The position numbers were made by a program, and so were the translations under genes. From positions 4,439 through 36,438 of the forward strand of contig NC_009008.1 of assembly GCF_000012905.2 (NCBI RefSeq): 32,000 nucleotides of DNA, written 5' to 3'. Shown here in pieces: positions 1 to 8,062 of this stretch (within the stretch, counting starts at the first letter, position 1; each line of letters opens with the position of its first letter). This stretch comes from Cereibacter sphaeroides 2.4.1. GTDB taxonomy: Bacteria > Pseudomonadota > Alphaproteobacteria > Rhodobacterales > Rhodobacteraceae. The notes beneath the pieces were generated by a model, which ran no database searches, was not told the DNA's origin, and saw only the letters and a program-made list of their open reading frames with translations.

Positions 1-93
1 CGTTTCTCGGCGGGCCGCCGGTCAGGCGCTCCCGGCCTTTCAAGCCATCGACCCGAAGAGGCTCCTATCCCGGAAAGAGGCGGGCCCGCCGGC

Positions 94-564
94 CTACCCG
101 GCCATCAGTCTGGACAGGCTCGGCCACTGGAACACCAGCACGCCGCCCATCACCGTCGCGGCCCCCAGCACCCGCCACAGATCCAGTGGCTTCCCCGCCA
201 GCCCCATCAGTCCGAACCTGTCGATCAGGAGCGAGGTGAGGAGCTGCCCCGCGACAACCGCGATCATGAAGCCCGCGGCACCCATCGTCGGCATCAGGAG
301 GATCGCGCCGGTGACGTAGACTATCCCCACCAGCCCGCCGATCCAGATCCAGGATGGCTGCGCCAGGGCCATGCCCAGATCCGGCACGGGCACCCGCATG
401 GCCAGCAGCACCGGCAGGATGCAGATCAGGCTGACCAGCAATGAGGCAACCGCAGCCCAGAGGGGATGCCCCAGCGCACGGCCGAGCGCGGCATTGGCGC
501 CGCCCTGAAGCGGCACGAGCGCACCCGAGACGAGCGCGAGGCAGGACAGGACAAGCAGGGGCAT
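94..564 (-). CDS. Small DMT-superfamily membrane transporter (YdcZ/DUF606-like)
   Basis: Last 156 aa of the run-on track ORF 94..1473 (MPLLVLSCLALVSGALVPLQGG...VLVFQWPSLSRLMAG) are uniformly hydrophobic with about 5 helices, resembling half-size DMT/DUF606 proteins. ATG at 562-564 (reverse). The upstream part of the track ORF is antisense to the LysR gene. Confidence 0.7.
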   Translation of the reverse strand: MPLLVLSCLALVSGALVPLQGGANAALGRALGHPLWAAVASLLVSLICILPVLLAMRVPVPDLGMALAQPSWIWIGGLVGIVYVTGAILLMPTMGAAGFMIAVVAGQLLTSLLIDRFGLMGLAGKPLDLWRVLGAATVMGGVLVFQWPSLSRLMAG

Positions 565-639
565 TCCGATCTCCTTTTCTCTGCCGCCGGTATAGGCCCC
601 GCATCGGATGAATTTGAAATTCGACCTTGCTTCCCTATC

Positions 640-1566
640 ATGCAGCATATGAATAATCTTCGTGCGGTCGATCTGAACCTTCTTGTCGTGCTGGATGCCC
701 TTCTGGCGGAGCGCCATCTGTCGCGGGCGGCGGCTCGGCTGAACATGAGCCAGCCTGCGGTCAGCCATGCGCTCGCCCGGCTGCGGCATCTGCTGGGCGA
801 TCCGCTGTTCCGGCGCGAGGGCGGTCGGATGGTGCCCACGCTGCGCGCGCAGGCGCTGGCCCCGCCGCTGGCCGAGGCTCTTGCGCAGATCCGCAGCGTG
901 CTCGGGCCCGATGCGTTTGACCCGGCCGCGCCGCATGTGTTTCGCCTGACCATGTCGGATTACGGCGCGGGGCTGGTGTTGCCGGGCCTGATGCGGCAGC
1001 TGCGCCGGATCGCACCGGAGATCCGGCTGGTGGTCACCCAGAAGAGCCGGGAGGCGATGATCGAGGCCGTGAGCGAAGGCGAGGCCGATCTTGCGCTCGG
1101 CGTCTTTCCCGGGCTGCCGCCGCAGCTCGAGGCGGAGCTCTTGCTGACCGACCGCTATATATGCCTGCTGGACCCGGCCCATCAGCCCGTCCGGTCCGGC
1201 GGCCTGACTGCGGAAGCCTTCTGGTCGGCTCCGCATGCCCATGTGGCGGTGCAGGGTGACTTCACCACGGAAATCGATCTGCATCTGAAGGATCGGGGCG
1301 GTCCCCGGCGCCTTGCGCTGATCCTGCCGCACTGGAGCATCGCACCCAAGGTCATCGCCGGCACGGATCTGATCCTGACCGTTGCCAGCCGTGCCGTGCC
1401 CGCAGCGCCGGAGCCGCTGATTGTCACGGCGCCCCCCGTTCCGTTGCCTCCGATCCCGTTCAGCGCGATCCACGCCAGACGCCGCAAGGCCGATCCGGCG
1501 CTCAGATGGCTGATCGCCCGGCTGCGGGAGGTCGTTGGCGAAGAGGCGGGAACCGCCGTGGCATGA
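640..1566 (+). CDS. LysR family transcriptional regulator
   Basis: MQHMNNLRAVDLNLLVVLDALLAERHLSRAAARLNMSQPAVSHALARLRHLLGDPLF is a canonical LysR winged HTH. ATG 640 is in frame with track ORF 466..1566 and sits where the HTH begins. The gene is divergent from the transporter gene across a 75-bp spacer. Confidence 0.85.
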   Translation: MQHMNNLRAVDLNLLVVLDALLAERHLSRAAARLNMSQPAVSHALARLRHLLGDPLFRREGGRMVPTLRAQALAPPLAEALAQIRSVLGPDAFDPAAPHVFRLTMSDYGAGLVLPGLMRQLRRIAPEIRLVVTQKSREAMIEAVSEGEADLALGVFPGLPPQLEAELLLTDRYICLLDPAHQPVRSGGLTAEAFWSAPHAHVAVQGDFTTEIDLHLKDRGGPRRLALILPHWSIAPKVIAGTDLILTVASRAVPAAPEPLIVTAPPVPLPPIPFSAIHARRRKADPALRWLIARLREVVGEEAGTAVA

Positions 1567-1577
1567 GCCGCGAAGAA

Positions 1578-1730
1578 GGCCCCGAACTCACGCCGAAGAC
1601 GAGCTCGGCCGCGATCAGCGTCCGCCAGGCGAAGGCCCAGCCGATCTTGAGGCCGGTCAGGATGCTCGGGAAGGCCGCCGGGATCAGGATCTTGGTGATG
1701 AAGCCCCAGCCCTTCAGCCCGTAGTTATGT
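1578..1730 (-). pseudogene. ABC transporter permease fragment (TauC/SsuC/NrtB type), about 50 codons only
   Basis: Reverse-strand translation gives YGLKGWGFITKILIPAAFPSILTGLKIGWAFAWRTLIAAELVFGVSSG, the conserved cytoplasmic-loop region of nitrate/sulfonate/taurine-type permeases. There is no start codon and no remainder of the protein on either side. Confidence 0.45.
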
Positions 1731-1771
1731 CGTCCTGCCGCCCCCGCGCCACGAGGGCCGGATAAGCGCGG

Positions 1772-2170
1772 GCTCGCCCTTCGCGCAGCTCCAGAAGGCG
1801 GGAATGCCGACTGCCATCATGGCCGACATTCAGCGCCAGAGAAACGAGGATGCCCGGGAAGCCGTGCTCCATGCCATCCGCGGCGAGGTGGCGCGGGCGT
1901 GGCTCGGATTGCACAGCTCCGTGCGCGAGCGGACCGGGATTGTGGTTCTGACCAACCGCGTCCGGGGGAAGTGAATGCCGCGATCCGCGACGAGCTGAAG
2001 GGGGAACATCGGCTCGGCGCTCAGGATGTAACGGTCGCCAGTCTCACGCCGCTCTCGCTCACCCGCGCCGAAGCGCGCGAGGCGGCCAGCTACAAGGCTG
2101 GTGATGTGGTGATCTCGGTGCGCAGCGTAGAGGGGTTGGAGCGGGACAAACTCTACCGGGTTACATCCAC
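1772..2170 (+). pseudogene. Internal fragment of a conjugative relaxase (TraA/TrwC/TraI-like), frameshifted
   Basis: One frame reads AGSPFAQLQKAGMPTAIMADIQRQRNEDAREAVLHAIRGEVARAW...RTGIVVLTNRVRG and ends in a stop near 1965. The next frame reads EVNAAIRDELKGEHRLGAQDVTVASLTPLSLTRAEAREAASYKAGDVVISVRSVEGLERDKLYRVTS. This pattern is typical of the central region of MOBF/MOBQ-type Ti/R388-like relaxases. Neither the N-terminal relaxase nor the helicase end is present. Confidence 0.5.
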
Positions 2171-2195
2171 CCTGGTCAACCTCGTCTCAAGGAGA

Positions 2196-2253
2196 GCTGC
2201 AGCCCGATCAGCAAGGCCTGCACTCTCTGTTCGCCCGCGCGAGGACAGTCAAC
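2196..2253. repeat. 58-bp imperfect direct repeat, copy a (partner 3699..3756)
   Basis: Ungapped hand alignment of gctgcagcccgatcagcaaggcctgcactctctgttcgcccgcgcgaggacagtcaac with gctgcagcccgatgggcgagggccgcgctctcagctcacgcgcgggaggatcgtcacc. The first 13/13 bases match, then 31/45, giving 44/58 identical. Confidence 0.5.
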
Positions 2254-2289
2254 TGAGCGGGCGGAGATTGGGCGTCCTATCGGACCATG

Positions 2290-2683
2290 CACGGCTGCGA
2301 CATAACCGGCTCGGCGAGAAGGGCGGGGCGCCCGCGGCGCCGGGACGAGAGGGTATCATGGCTCCGGTCACCTCCGCTTGCGGACGGAACTAGAGCCGTG
2401 GACCGGCAACGCCGGGGTCACGCCCAGATCCCTCGAGGCCAATACCGCGCGGGTTCTCTCCGGGCAATCCGGCGAGGTAAGCCGCGACCTGCGACCGCGA
2501 CCGCGATATATCGGCGAGCCTGCGATCGAGCTTTGCCAGTTCATCCGTGAGGCGGGCGCGCAGCCGCTCGCAAGGATGGAACGTCGGCTCGGGGCTGATG
2601 ATGCAGGGCAGCAGGTCGCGCATTGCCTCGACCGTGAGCCCGGCCTCGGCCAGCTGTCGGATCATGCAAGCCTGCTCCAGATC
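2290..2683. repeat. 394-bp direct repeat, copy 1 (merR 3' end plus about 100 bp downstream); partner 30345..30732
   Basis: Hand alignment to 30345..30732 shows 5 substitutions, 1 mismatch near the left edge and one 6-bp indel (gcgaccgcgaccgcga versus gcgaccgcga). The left boundary is sharp: the flanks are unrelated upstream of cacgg. Confidence 0.85.
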
Positions 2684-2806
2684 GGCCGGGCCATAGTCGC
2701 GGTAGCCGCTTCCCGTCCGATGCGGACGCAGAAGCCCTTCCGCCTCGTAGAAGCGTAGCATTCGGACGCTGATGCCACTGCGGTCGGATACATCGCCGAT
2801 CTTCAC
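2390..2806 (-). CDS. MerR family transcriptional regulator
   Basis: VKIGDVSDRSGISVRMLRFYEAEGLLRPHRTGSGYRDYGPADLEQACMIRQLAEAGLTVEAMRDLL is a MerR HTH followed by a coiled-coil. GTG start at 2806 lies 6 nt after AAGGAGAG. The longer track ORF (to 3262) is antisense to the hydrolase gene. Confidence 0.85.
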   Translation of the reverse strand: MKIGDVSDRSGISVRMLRFYEAEGLLRPHRTGSGYRDYGPADLEQACMIRQLAEAGLTVEAMRDLLPCIISPEPTFHPCERLRARLTDELAKLDRRLADISRSRSQVAAYLAGLPGENPRGIGLEGSGRDPGVAGPRL

Positions 2807-2826
2807 CACGCTCTCCTTCTTGGGAC

Positions 2827-2851
2827 TTGACCCTGACAACGGTGTCAGAGT
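2827..2851 (+). promoter_or_regulatory. MerR-type operator/promoter candidate in the divergent merR-hydrolase spacer
   Basis: A -35-like TTGACC (2827-2832) is followed immediately by the perfect palindrome CTGACA-acgg-TGTCAG (2833-2848). This is the position a MerR dimer occupies in long-spacer promoters. A convincing -10 hexamer could not be assigned. Confidence 0.4.
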
Positions 2852-2890
2852 GCAAAAGGAGTGCCGACACATCAAGTCGGAGAAGAAGCA

Positions 2891-3679
2891 ATGTCGAAGA
2901 TCGAACATGTCCATCACAAGGGCGCGCGTGTGGGCTATCGTGACGACGGGGAAGGCAAGCCGCTCATCCTCGTCCACGGGACCGGGGGAGACGGCGAGGC
3001 CAACTTTGATGGCCTTCTGCCGCATCTGTCGCGGCGGCGCGTGCTGCGGCCAGACTATGCCGGATCCGGACTCACAGTGGATGCCGCCGAAGTGCTGACG
3101 GTCGATCATCTGGTGCATCAGGTCATCGCCACCGTGGACCATGCGGGGATCGACAGTTTCGATCTGGCAGGCTTTTCTCTCGGCTCTGCCGTCGCGGTCC
3201 GGCTCGCCGCCCTGCATCCCGGGAGGGTCGACAGGCTCGTGCTGATTGGAGGGTTCATTCACGCGGCCGACCCGCGCTCACGTCTGCAGTTCAAGCTCTG
3301 GGCGGACCTCGCCCGGAAAGATCCTGCCACCCTTGCGCGGCTCATGATGCTGACCGGTTTCAGCTACGCCTTCCTGTCGGCGATCACCGACTTGGATTCG
3401 GTGATCGCCGGCATGGTATCGGGCGGCAACTGGGAGGGAGTTGCGCGACAGGCGGAGCTGGATCTGCGAGTTGATGTCTCTCGTGAGCTCGGCCGTGTCA
3501 AAGCTCCAACCCTCGTGATCGGCAACCGGTGCGATCAGATGGTGGATCCGGCGGCTTCGATCGCGCTCGCTGCGGGCATAGCGGATGCCACCCTCGCTTG
3601 GCTTGAGGGGCCGCATCTTGCGTTGATGGAACGACCGGACGTCGCGGCGGACCTTTTGATGCGTCATCTGGCTGACTGA
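2891..3679 (+). CDS. Alpha/beta hydrolase fold protein
   Basis: MSKIEHVHHKGARVGYRDDGEGKPLILVHGTGGDGEANFDG...FDLAGFSLGSAVAVRLAALHP (GxSxG elbow)...PTLVIGNRCDQMV. ATG 2891 is preceded by GGAGAAG and is in frame with track ORF 2861..3679. Confidence 0.85.
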   Translation: MSKIEHVHHKGARVGYRDDGEGKPLILVHGTGGDGEANFDGLLPHLSRRRVLRPDYAGSGLTVDAAEVLTVDHLVHQVIATVDHAGIDSFDLAGFSLGSAVAVRLAALHPGRVDRLVLIGGFIHAADPRSRLQFKLWADLARKDPATLARLMMLTGFSYAFLSAITDLDSVIAGMVSGGNWEGVARQAELDLRVDVSRELGRVKAPTLVIGNRCDQMVDPAASIALAAGIADATLAWLEGPHLALMERPDVAADLLMRHLAD

Positions 3680-3681
3680 GC

Positions 3682-3861
3682 TCACCGCCTCGAGGGGCGC
3701 TGCAGCCCGATGGGCGAGGGCCGCGCTCTCAGCTCACGCGCGGGAGGATCGTCACCCGAAAGCCCGACACATCGGCCGACCTCCGATAGCGGGGTGCGGG
3801 CGTTTTCCTGAAGCGCTTCGAGGATTGCGCTGTCAAGGCGGTCGAGCTCACTGGTCGGCAT
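3682..3861 (-). pseudogene. Lrp/AsnC family regulator, N-terminal HTH fragment only
   Basis: This 59-codon ORF falls below the track cutoff. MPTSELDRLDSAILEALQENARTPLSEVGRCVGLSG matches the AsnC-type HTH, after which the reading continues as unrelated DDPPARELRARPSPIGLQRPSRR through the 58-bp repeat. No ligand-binding domain is present. Confidence 0.5.
3699..3756. repeat. 58-bp imperfect direct repeat, copy b (partner 2196..2253)
   Basis: See copy a: 44/58 identical ungapped, same orientation. It lies directly after the hydrolase stop codon. Confidence 0.5.
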
Positions 3862-3975
3862 GTTCCACCACGGATTCCGTTAACTCATCGGAAGTGTGCC
3901 AAAAACGCCGATGAATTGCCATTCCCGGCATGCGTTCGGCAAGGGACACTCTAGAAAGGACATCAGGAGATTAGC

Positions 3976-4521
3976 ATGGGGCGTCGTTTCGTTATGGTGC
4001 CGGGCATCGGGGGATCCGGCCCTGAGCATTGGCAGAGCCATTGGGAAAGTCTCTATCCGAACACCCTCCGGATAGAGCCGAATTCCTGGGATGAGCCCGA
4101 CCTTGCGGACTGGTTCGCCGCCCTGGACCGGGCGGTCGCCGCAGCACCTTATCCGCCGGTGCTGGTATGCCATTCGCTCGGGTGCCTGCTCTTTGCCCAC
4201 TGGCGTGCGGCGTCGTCCCGTGCCATCGCCGCGGCATTTCTTGTTGCCGTGCCGGACCCGAGCGGGCCGGCTTTCCCGGCGCAGGCAAAGGCATTCGGAG
4301 CGCTACCTGCAACGGGGTTTGGTGAGCGGCCGGTGTTGGCCGTCGCAAGTGAGAACGATCCCTATGATCCGGAGGCGAGTGCGATAGCCTGGGCTGTCAG
4401 ACAAGGCGCCTGGCCGCGTCGTCTCGGCCCAAGGGGCCATTTGAACGAGGCGTCGAACATCGGCGCCTGGCCCGAAGGCCAAGAGCTTCTGGCAGATTTC
4501 CTGGACAAGATCGGAGAGTAG
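3976..4521 (+). CDS. RBBP9/YdeN-family serine hydrolase
   Basis: MGRRFVMVPGIGGSGPEHWQSHWE...PPVLVCHSLGCLLFAHW...VASENDPY...GHLN. This is the small alpha/beta hydrolase pattern with an HSLG nucleophile elbow. SD CAGGAG lies upstream. Confidence 0.8.
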   Translation: MGRRFVMVPGIGGSGPEHWQSHWESLYPNTLRIEPNSWDEPDLADWFAALDRAVAAAPYPPVLVCHSLGCLLFAHWRAASSRAIAAAFLVAVPDPSGPAFPAQAKAFGALPATGFGERPVLAVASENDPYDPEASAIAWAVRQGAWPRRLGPRGHLNEASNIGAWPEGQELLADFLDKIGE

Positions 4522-4523
4522 CC

Positions 4524-5156
4524 ATGGACGTTGCAACTGCATTGCTGAGCTTTTCCATTGCAGCGGCTTTGCTGACGATCACACCGGGGCTCGATACAGC
4601 CCTCGTTCTGCGGACGGCGGCGGTCGAGGGGCCGCGCCGGGCGATGCTGGCGGGGGCAGGGGTGGTGACCGGGGTGCTGGCATGGGGATTGATTGCGGCT
4701 TTGGGGCTCGGTGCTGTGCTGGCCGTGTCGGAACTGGCTTACCGTTGTCTTCAGCTTGCCGGCGCGGCCTACCTGATCTGGCTGGGTATCGGGATGTTGC
4801 GGGGAGCGTTGCGTGCGCGAGAGCCGGGCCTGCCCAAGGTCATGGCGCCTTCCGCACCAAATTGGTTCCTGCGCGGGGTAATGACCAACCTTCTTAACCC
4901 CAAGGTCGGTGTCTTCTATATCAGCTTCCTGCCGCAGTTTCTGCCCGTGGGCGTTTCGGTGGTGCCGTTCAGCGTCCTGCTCGCGGGGATACACGCGTCG
5001 ATGGGGCTGATCTTTTTTGCAGCGCTGACTGCCGCGACAGTGCCGTTTCAGAATGCCCTGAACGGCCCTCGCCTGCCTCGGCTCCTCGACGGGGTCACCG
5101 GCAGTGTCTTGATCGGGTTCGCCCTGCGACTGCTGACGGAGCGGCGCGTGGGATGA
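4524..5156 (+). CDS. LysE/RhtB family amino-acid (or homoserine-lactone) exporter
   Basis: MDVATALLSFSIAAALLTITPGLDTALVLRTAAVEGPRRAM...NLLNPKVGVFYISFLPQF is the typical LysE-family signature. It starts 2 nt after the preceding gene. Confidence 0.85.
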   Translation: MDVATALLSFSIAAALLTITPGLDTALVLRTAAVEGPRRAMLAGAGVVTGVLAWGLIAALGLGAVLAVSELAYRCLQLAGAAYLIWLGIGMLRGALRAREPGLPKVMAPSAPNWFLRGVMTNLLNPKVGVFYISFLPQFLPVGVSVVPFSVLLAGIHASMGLIFFAALTAATVPFQNALNGPRLPRLLDGVTGSVLIGFALRLLTERRVG

Positions 5157-5158
5157 CC

Positions 5159-5923
5159 TCAGCTCTCGATCCGACGCTGCAACTGACCGGGCGTGATCCC
5201 ATGGGCGGCCTGAAAGGCGGCCACGAAGCCGCTCGCTGTGGCGTAGCCGGCAGCATGGGCTGCATGTTGCACGCTCTTGCCGGCCATCAACGGGGCAATT
5301 GCGCGTGCCAACCGCAGGTCTCGCATCCAGGTGGTCCAGCTCTGCCCGGTGTCGCGACGGGCGAGCCGTTGCAGGCTGCGCCGCGACAGCGCCAGTGCCG
5401 CGGCCCAGTGGTCGAGCGAATGGTCGGCCCCATCGAGATGTGCCAGAGCGATACGACGCAGGCGCGGGTCGGTTGGTAGCGGCAGCGTGGGCGCGGGGGC
5501 GGGGCGCGCAAGCCGGTCCCACAGCACGGCCGTCAGCCGGGCGAAGGCGGGCTCTTGCCGGTCGGCGCGGCTGGACCCTGCGAGAGTGCGGAGAAGTTCG
5601 GCCTCCAGCGCTTCGAGAGGGAAAGGTGTGGGGGCCTTGGGCAGTGGCGCCGCGGCGGGTCGGGTGTAGAGGCTGACCGATTTCCGCGCGCCCTCGGCCC
5701 GGATGCGGTGGCGGTGCGTCGGTGGAAGCCAGATCGCCATGCCGGGAGAGAGAAGATGCAGCCGGCCTCCTGTCTCGACCGTCACCGGCCGGTCCGGGCA
5801 CCAGGCGAGCTGCCCGCGCCAGTGCGCATGCGCCTCGGGCATTGTGCCGGGTGTGAAGCTCGTGATCCTGCCGATCACCGGGCTTCCATCCTCGGCAAAT
5901 CCTCCGATCTCATCGCGCTGCAT
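5159..5923 (-). CDS. AraC family transcriptional regulator with N-terminal cupin
   Basis: HAHWRGQLAWCPDRPVTVETGGRLHLLSPGMAIWLPPTHRH (cupin) is followed by a C-terminal HTH pair ...SLQRLARRDTGQSWTTWMRDLRLARAIAPLMAGKSVQHAAHAAGYATASGFVAAFQAAHGITPGQ. SD GGAGGTG lies upstream. Confidence 0.85.
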   Translation of the reverse strand: MQRDEIGGFAEDGSPVIGRITSFTPGTMPEAHAHWRGQLAWCPDRPVTVETGGRLHLLSPGMAIWLPPTHRHRIRAEGARKSVSLYTRPAAAPLPKAPTPFPLEALEAELLRTLAGSSRADRQEPAFARLTAVLWDRLARPAPAPTLPLPTDPRLRRIALAHLDGADHSLDHWAAALALSRRSLQRLARRDTGQSWTTWMRDLRLARAIAPLMAGKSVQHAAHAAGYATASGFVAAFQAAHGITPGQLQRRIES

Positions 5924-6014
5924 GCTGGCACCTCCGGGGTATCATCTGGCACCGGGGCAACACATTTTTCCAGCGCTTCCGTCACGATCGCGCGGAGGCG
6001 GAGCGGAGGACCGT

Positions 6015-6755
6015 ATGGATATGGCGACAATCGCGCTGCTCGCGGGCGCAGGGCTGCTCGGCGGGCTGTGCAATGCGATCGCGGGCGGCGGCACGTTTTT
6101 TACCTTCCCGGCGCTGCTGGCCGTGGGGCTGCCGCCGGTGACGGCGGGCGCAACCAGCGCAGTGGCGATCTGGCCCGGCCATGCGGCCAGCCTGATCGGC
6201 GAAGGCGCGGTGCTGCGTCAGGACCTGATCGCGCGGCCCGGGCGCGTCACGGTGTTTGCGCTGGCCTCGGCGGCGGGGGCCGGGCTGTTGCTGCTGTCGG
6301 GAGATGCACTGTTCCGGCAGTTGGTCCCCTGGCTGCTGCTTTTCGCGACGCTGCTGTTTGCGGCAGGGCCCATGCTCAACCGCTGGCTTGCCCGCTGCGG
6401 GGTGTCGATCGGGCCAGTCAGCGCCGCGTGCGCCGAGGGGGGCGTGGCCCTTTATGGTGGCTACTTTGGGGCAGGGCTGGGGGTGCTGCTGCTGGCGCTG
6501 CTGACCGTGACGGGAGACGACGATCTGAAGCGGCTGAACGTGGTCAAGAATGCTCTGGCGACACTTGCGACCAGTATCGCCGTCCTGATCTTCGCCTTTG
6601 GCGGCGCGGTCGTCTGGGGGCCGGCTGCCCTGGTCTTCCTGGGGGCGACGGCAGGTGGTGTCATCGGTGGCCGGCTGGCGCGCCGGGTGAACCCGCAAAC
6701 CCTGCGCGCCGCGATCGTCTGCCTCGGCCTGTTGCTGGTCTGGCACTACGCGTGA
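6015..6755 (+). CDS. TauE/SafE family sulfite/anion exporter
   Basis: MDMATIALLAGAGLLGGLCNAIAGGGTFFTFPALLAVGLPPVTAGATSAVAIWPGH is the TauE/SafE signature. ATG 6015 follows GGAGGA and is in frame with track ORF 5703..6755. The gene is divergent from the AraC gene. Confidence 0.85.
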   Translation: MDMATIALLAGAGLLGGLCNAIAGGGTFFTFPALLAVGLPPVTAGATSAVAIWPGHAASLIGEGAVLRQDLIARPGRVTVFALASAAGAGLLLLSGDALFRQLVPWLLLFATLLFAAGPMLNRWLARCGVSIGPVSAACAEGGVALYGGYFGAGLGVLLLALLTVTGDDDLKRLNVVKNALATLATSIAVLIFAFGGAVVWGPAALVFLGATAGGVIGGRLARRVNPQTLRAAIVCLGLLLVWHYA

Positions 6756-7508
6756 GCCCGGGTCGAGGCGCGGAACGCCTCGCGCAGGGCCGTGGTAATC
6801 CGCCCCACGGGCCATGTGCTGTGCTTGCCGGGGCGGTCGAGCGACCACGGGACGAAGCTCGACCGACGTGCCCGTGACGAAGACCTCGTCCGCTGCATCC
6901 AGATCGTCGAGGCTGACGGTTCCTTCATGAACCGACAGGCCGAGGCCACGCGCAAGGTCGAAGACATGGCGCTTGGTCAGGCTGTCGAGAAAGCATGTAG
7001 GAAGGGGAGACAGAAGCCTGCCATTCCGGACAAGGACGATGTTCGTCACCGTGGTTTCGGCGACATGGCCTGCCATATCCAGCATGAGGGCATCGTCATG
7101 TCCGCTACGGGCAGCTGCGGCCCGCGACAAGGTTCCGGTCATGTAGAGCCCCGAGCATTTCGACGCCGTCGGCGCCGTATCGGGCGCGGGGCGCCGCCAA
7201 TCCGACAGAACCAGGCGCAATCCGCCGGTCCCGTCCCCAAGGGCGGTCTCCACCGGCCAGTCCCAGGCCGCGATGGCGGTATGGATCCGGCACCCCTGTG
7301 CGGAAACGGTGACGCTTTCACTGCCGCGCCAGGCGATCGCCCGAACATAGGCGTCCTTCAGTCCGCCAGCCCAAAGCACGGCCTCGGCGGCGGCCTGAAG
7401 ATCATCGACCAGCCATGGCAGCGTGTAGCCGAGAAGTTCGGTCGAGCGCTGCAGGCATCGGAAATGCTCCTTGCCCAGAAACAGACGACCGTCATAGGCG
7501 CGGATAAT
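6746..7508 (-). pseudogene. Class IV (branched-chain/D-amino-acid) aminotransferase, frameshifted and 5'-truncated
   Basis: IIRAYDGRLFLGKEHFRCLQRSTELLGY...LKDAYVRAIAWRGSE...SKCSGLYMTGTLSRAAAARSGHDDALMLDMAGHVAETTVTNIVLVRNGRLLSP...DEVFVTGTSVELRPV. The C-terminus SLDRPGKHSTWPVGRITTALREAF continues in another frame, with one extra base near 6845. No start codon is present, and an in-frame TGA lies just upstream of IIRAYDG. Confidence 0.6.
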
Positions 7509-7686
7509 CGCGTTTCAGCGGCGTCGACGACAATCCGCGTGCCCCCGTTACCTTATAAGCGGTGCCCAGCATATAGGGTCGCCAGAGCACGGTCCGACCC
7601 ATGTCTGCCGCGATGGCCTCGATCCGCTGCGCCGCGAAGAAGGCGTAGCCGGACGAGAAGCCGAACCAGAACTCGAGGGAACTAAT
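7500..7686 (-). pseudogene. DsbA-family 2-hydroxychromene-2-carboxylate isomerase-like, N-terminal fragment
   Basis: SLEFWFGFSSGYAFFAAQRIEAIAADMGRTVLWRPYMLGTAYKVTGARGLSSTPLKRDY matches the N-terminal about 60 aa pattern (FxFDFxSPYxY...WRPxxLGxxFKxTG) of HCCA-isomerase-type DsbA proteins. There is no ATG, and the fragment stops at its junction with the aminotransferase fragment. Confidence 0.45.
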
Positions 7687-7853
7687 AGCTCTTCGCCGTC
7701 CCAGTAATCGACCGCATCCGCGTTTCGGAAGGAACTGGCAACCCGGCGCTTTGCCTTGTCACCTCCGTGCGCAGCGCCCGCGAAGACTGTCAGCTTGCCG
7801 CTGTCGGGATGCCTGGCATGGGTTTCAAGGTCAGTTCGGGAAAGTCTTGCCAT
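7548..7853 (-). CDS. Hypothetical small ORF whose 3' half reads out of frame through the DsbA-like fragment; possibly a truncated gene
   Basis: ATG 7853 is preceded by a strong SD (GGAGAAGGAGACCCGAAGAATG). The first about 57 aa are MARLSRTDLETHARHPDSGKLTVFAGAAHGGDKAKRRVASSFRNADAVDYWDGEELL. The remainder is Ser/Pro/Arg-rich out-of-frame text. No family was recognised. Confidence 0.25.
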   Translation of the reverse strand: MARLSRTDLETHARHPDSGKLTVFAGAAHGGDKAKRRVASSFRNADAVDYWDGEELLVPSSSGSASRPATPSSRRSGSRPSRQTWVGPCSGDPICWAPLIR

Positions 7854-8062
7854 TCTTCGGGTCTCCTTCTCCGTCCGCGTTAGCGGTCGGGGCTGACTGT
7901 CATGCGGCAGCATGGCTGCTCGCAATTGAGGAATCTTCCGGAGGTCCTGAGGATTTCGCGGCGACGAACACAGAGAGGAATTCTCAATATCCGCTGAGGG
8001 ATCCGAAATTCATGGCTCTGGTCACGAGGCGCATTCTCTGGGGGAACACACCGGAGGTGACC

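Noticed and set aside
5925-5953. Two copies of CTGGCACC 21 bp apart in the araC/tauE spacer, which resemble a sigma-54 -24 element (TGGCAC)
   Set aside because: No TTGC -12 element lies 5 nt downstream of either copy. The first copy is simply the complement of the AraC gene's GGAGGTG Shine-Dalgarno region. An AraC-binding direct repeat is possible but unsupported.
4362-6877. Long ORFs 4362..5801 (-), 5555..6877 (+) and 5982..7379 (-, the portion below about 6840)
   Set aside because: They overlap the better-supported LysE, AraC and TauE genes in off-frames or antisense and are Arg/Pro-rich. The 5982..7379 ORF is real only in its aminotransferase portion, and the true C-terminus continues in another frame to 6746.
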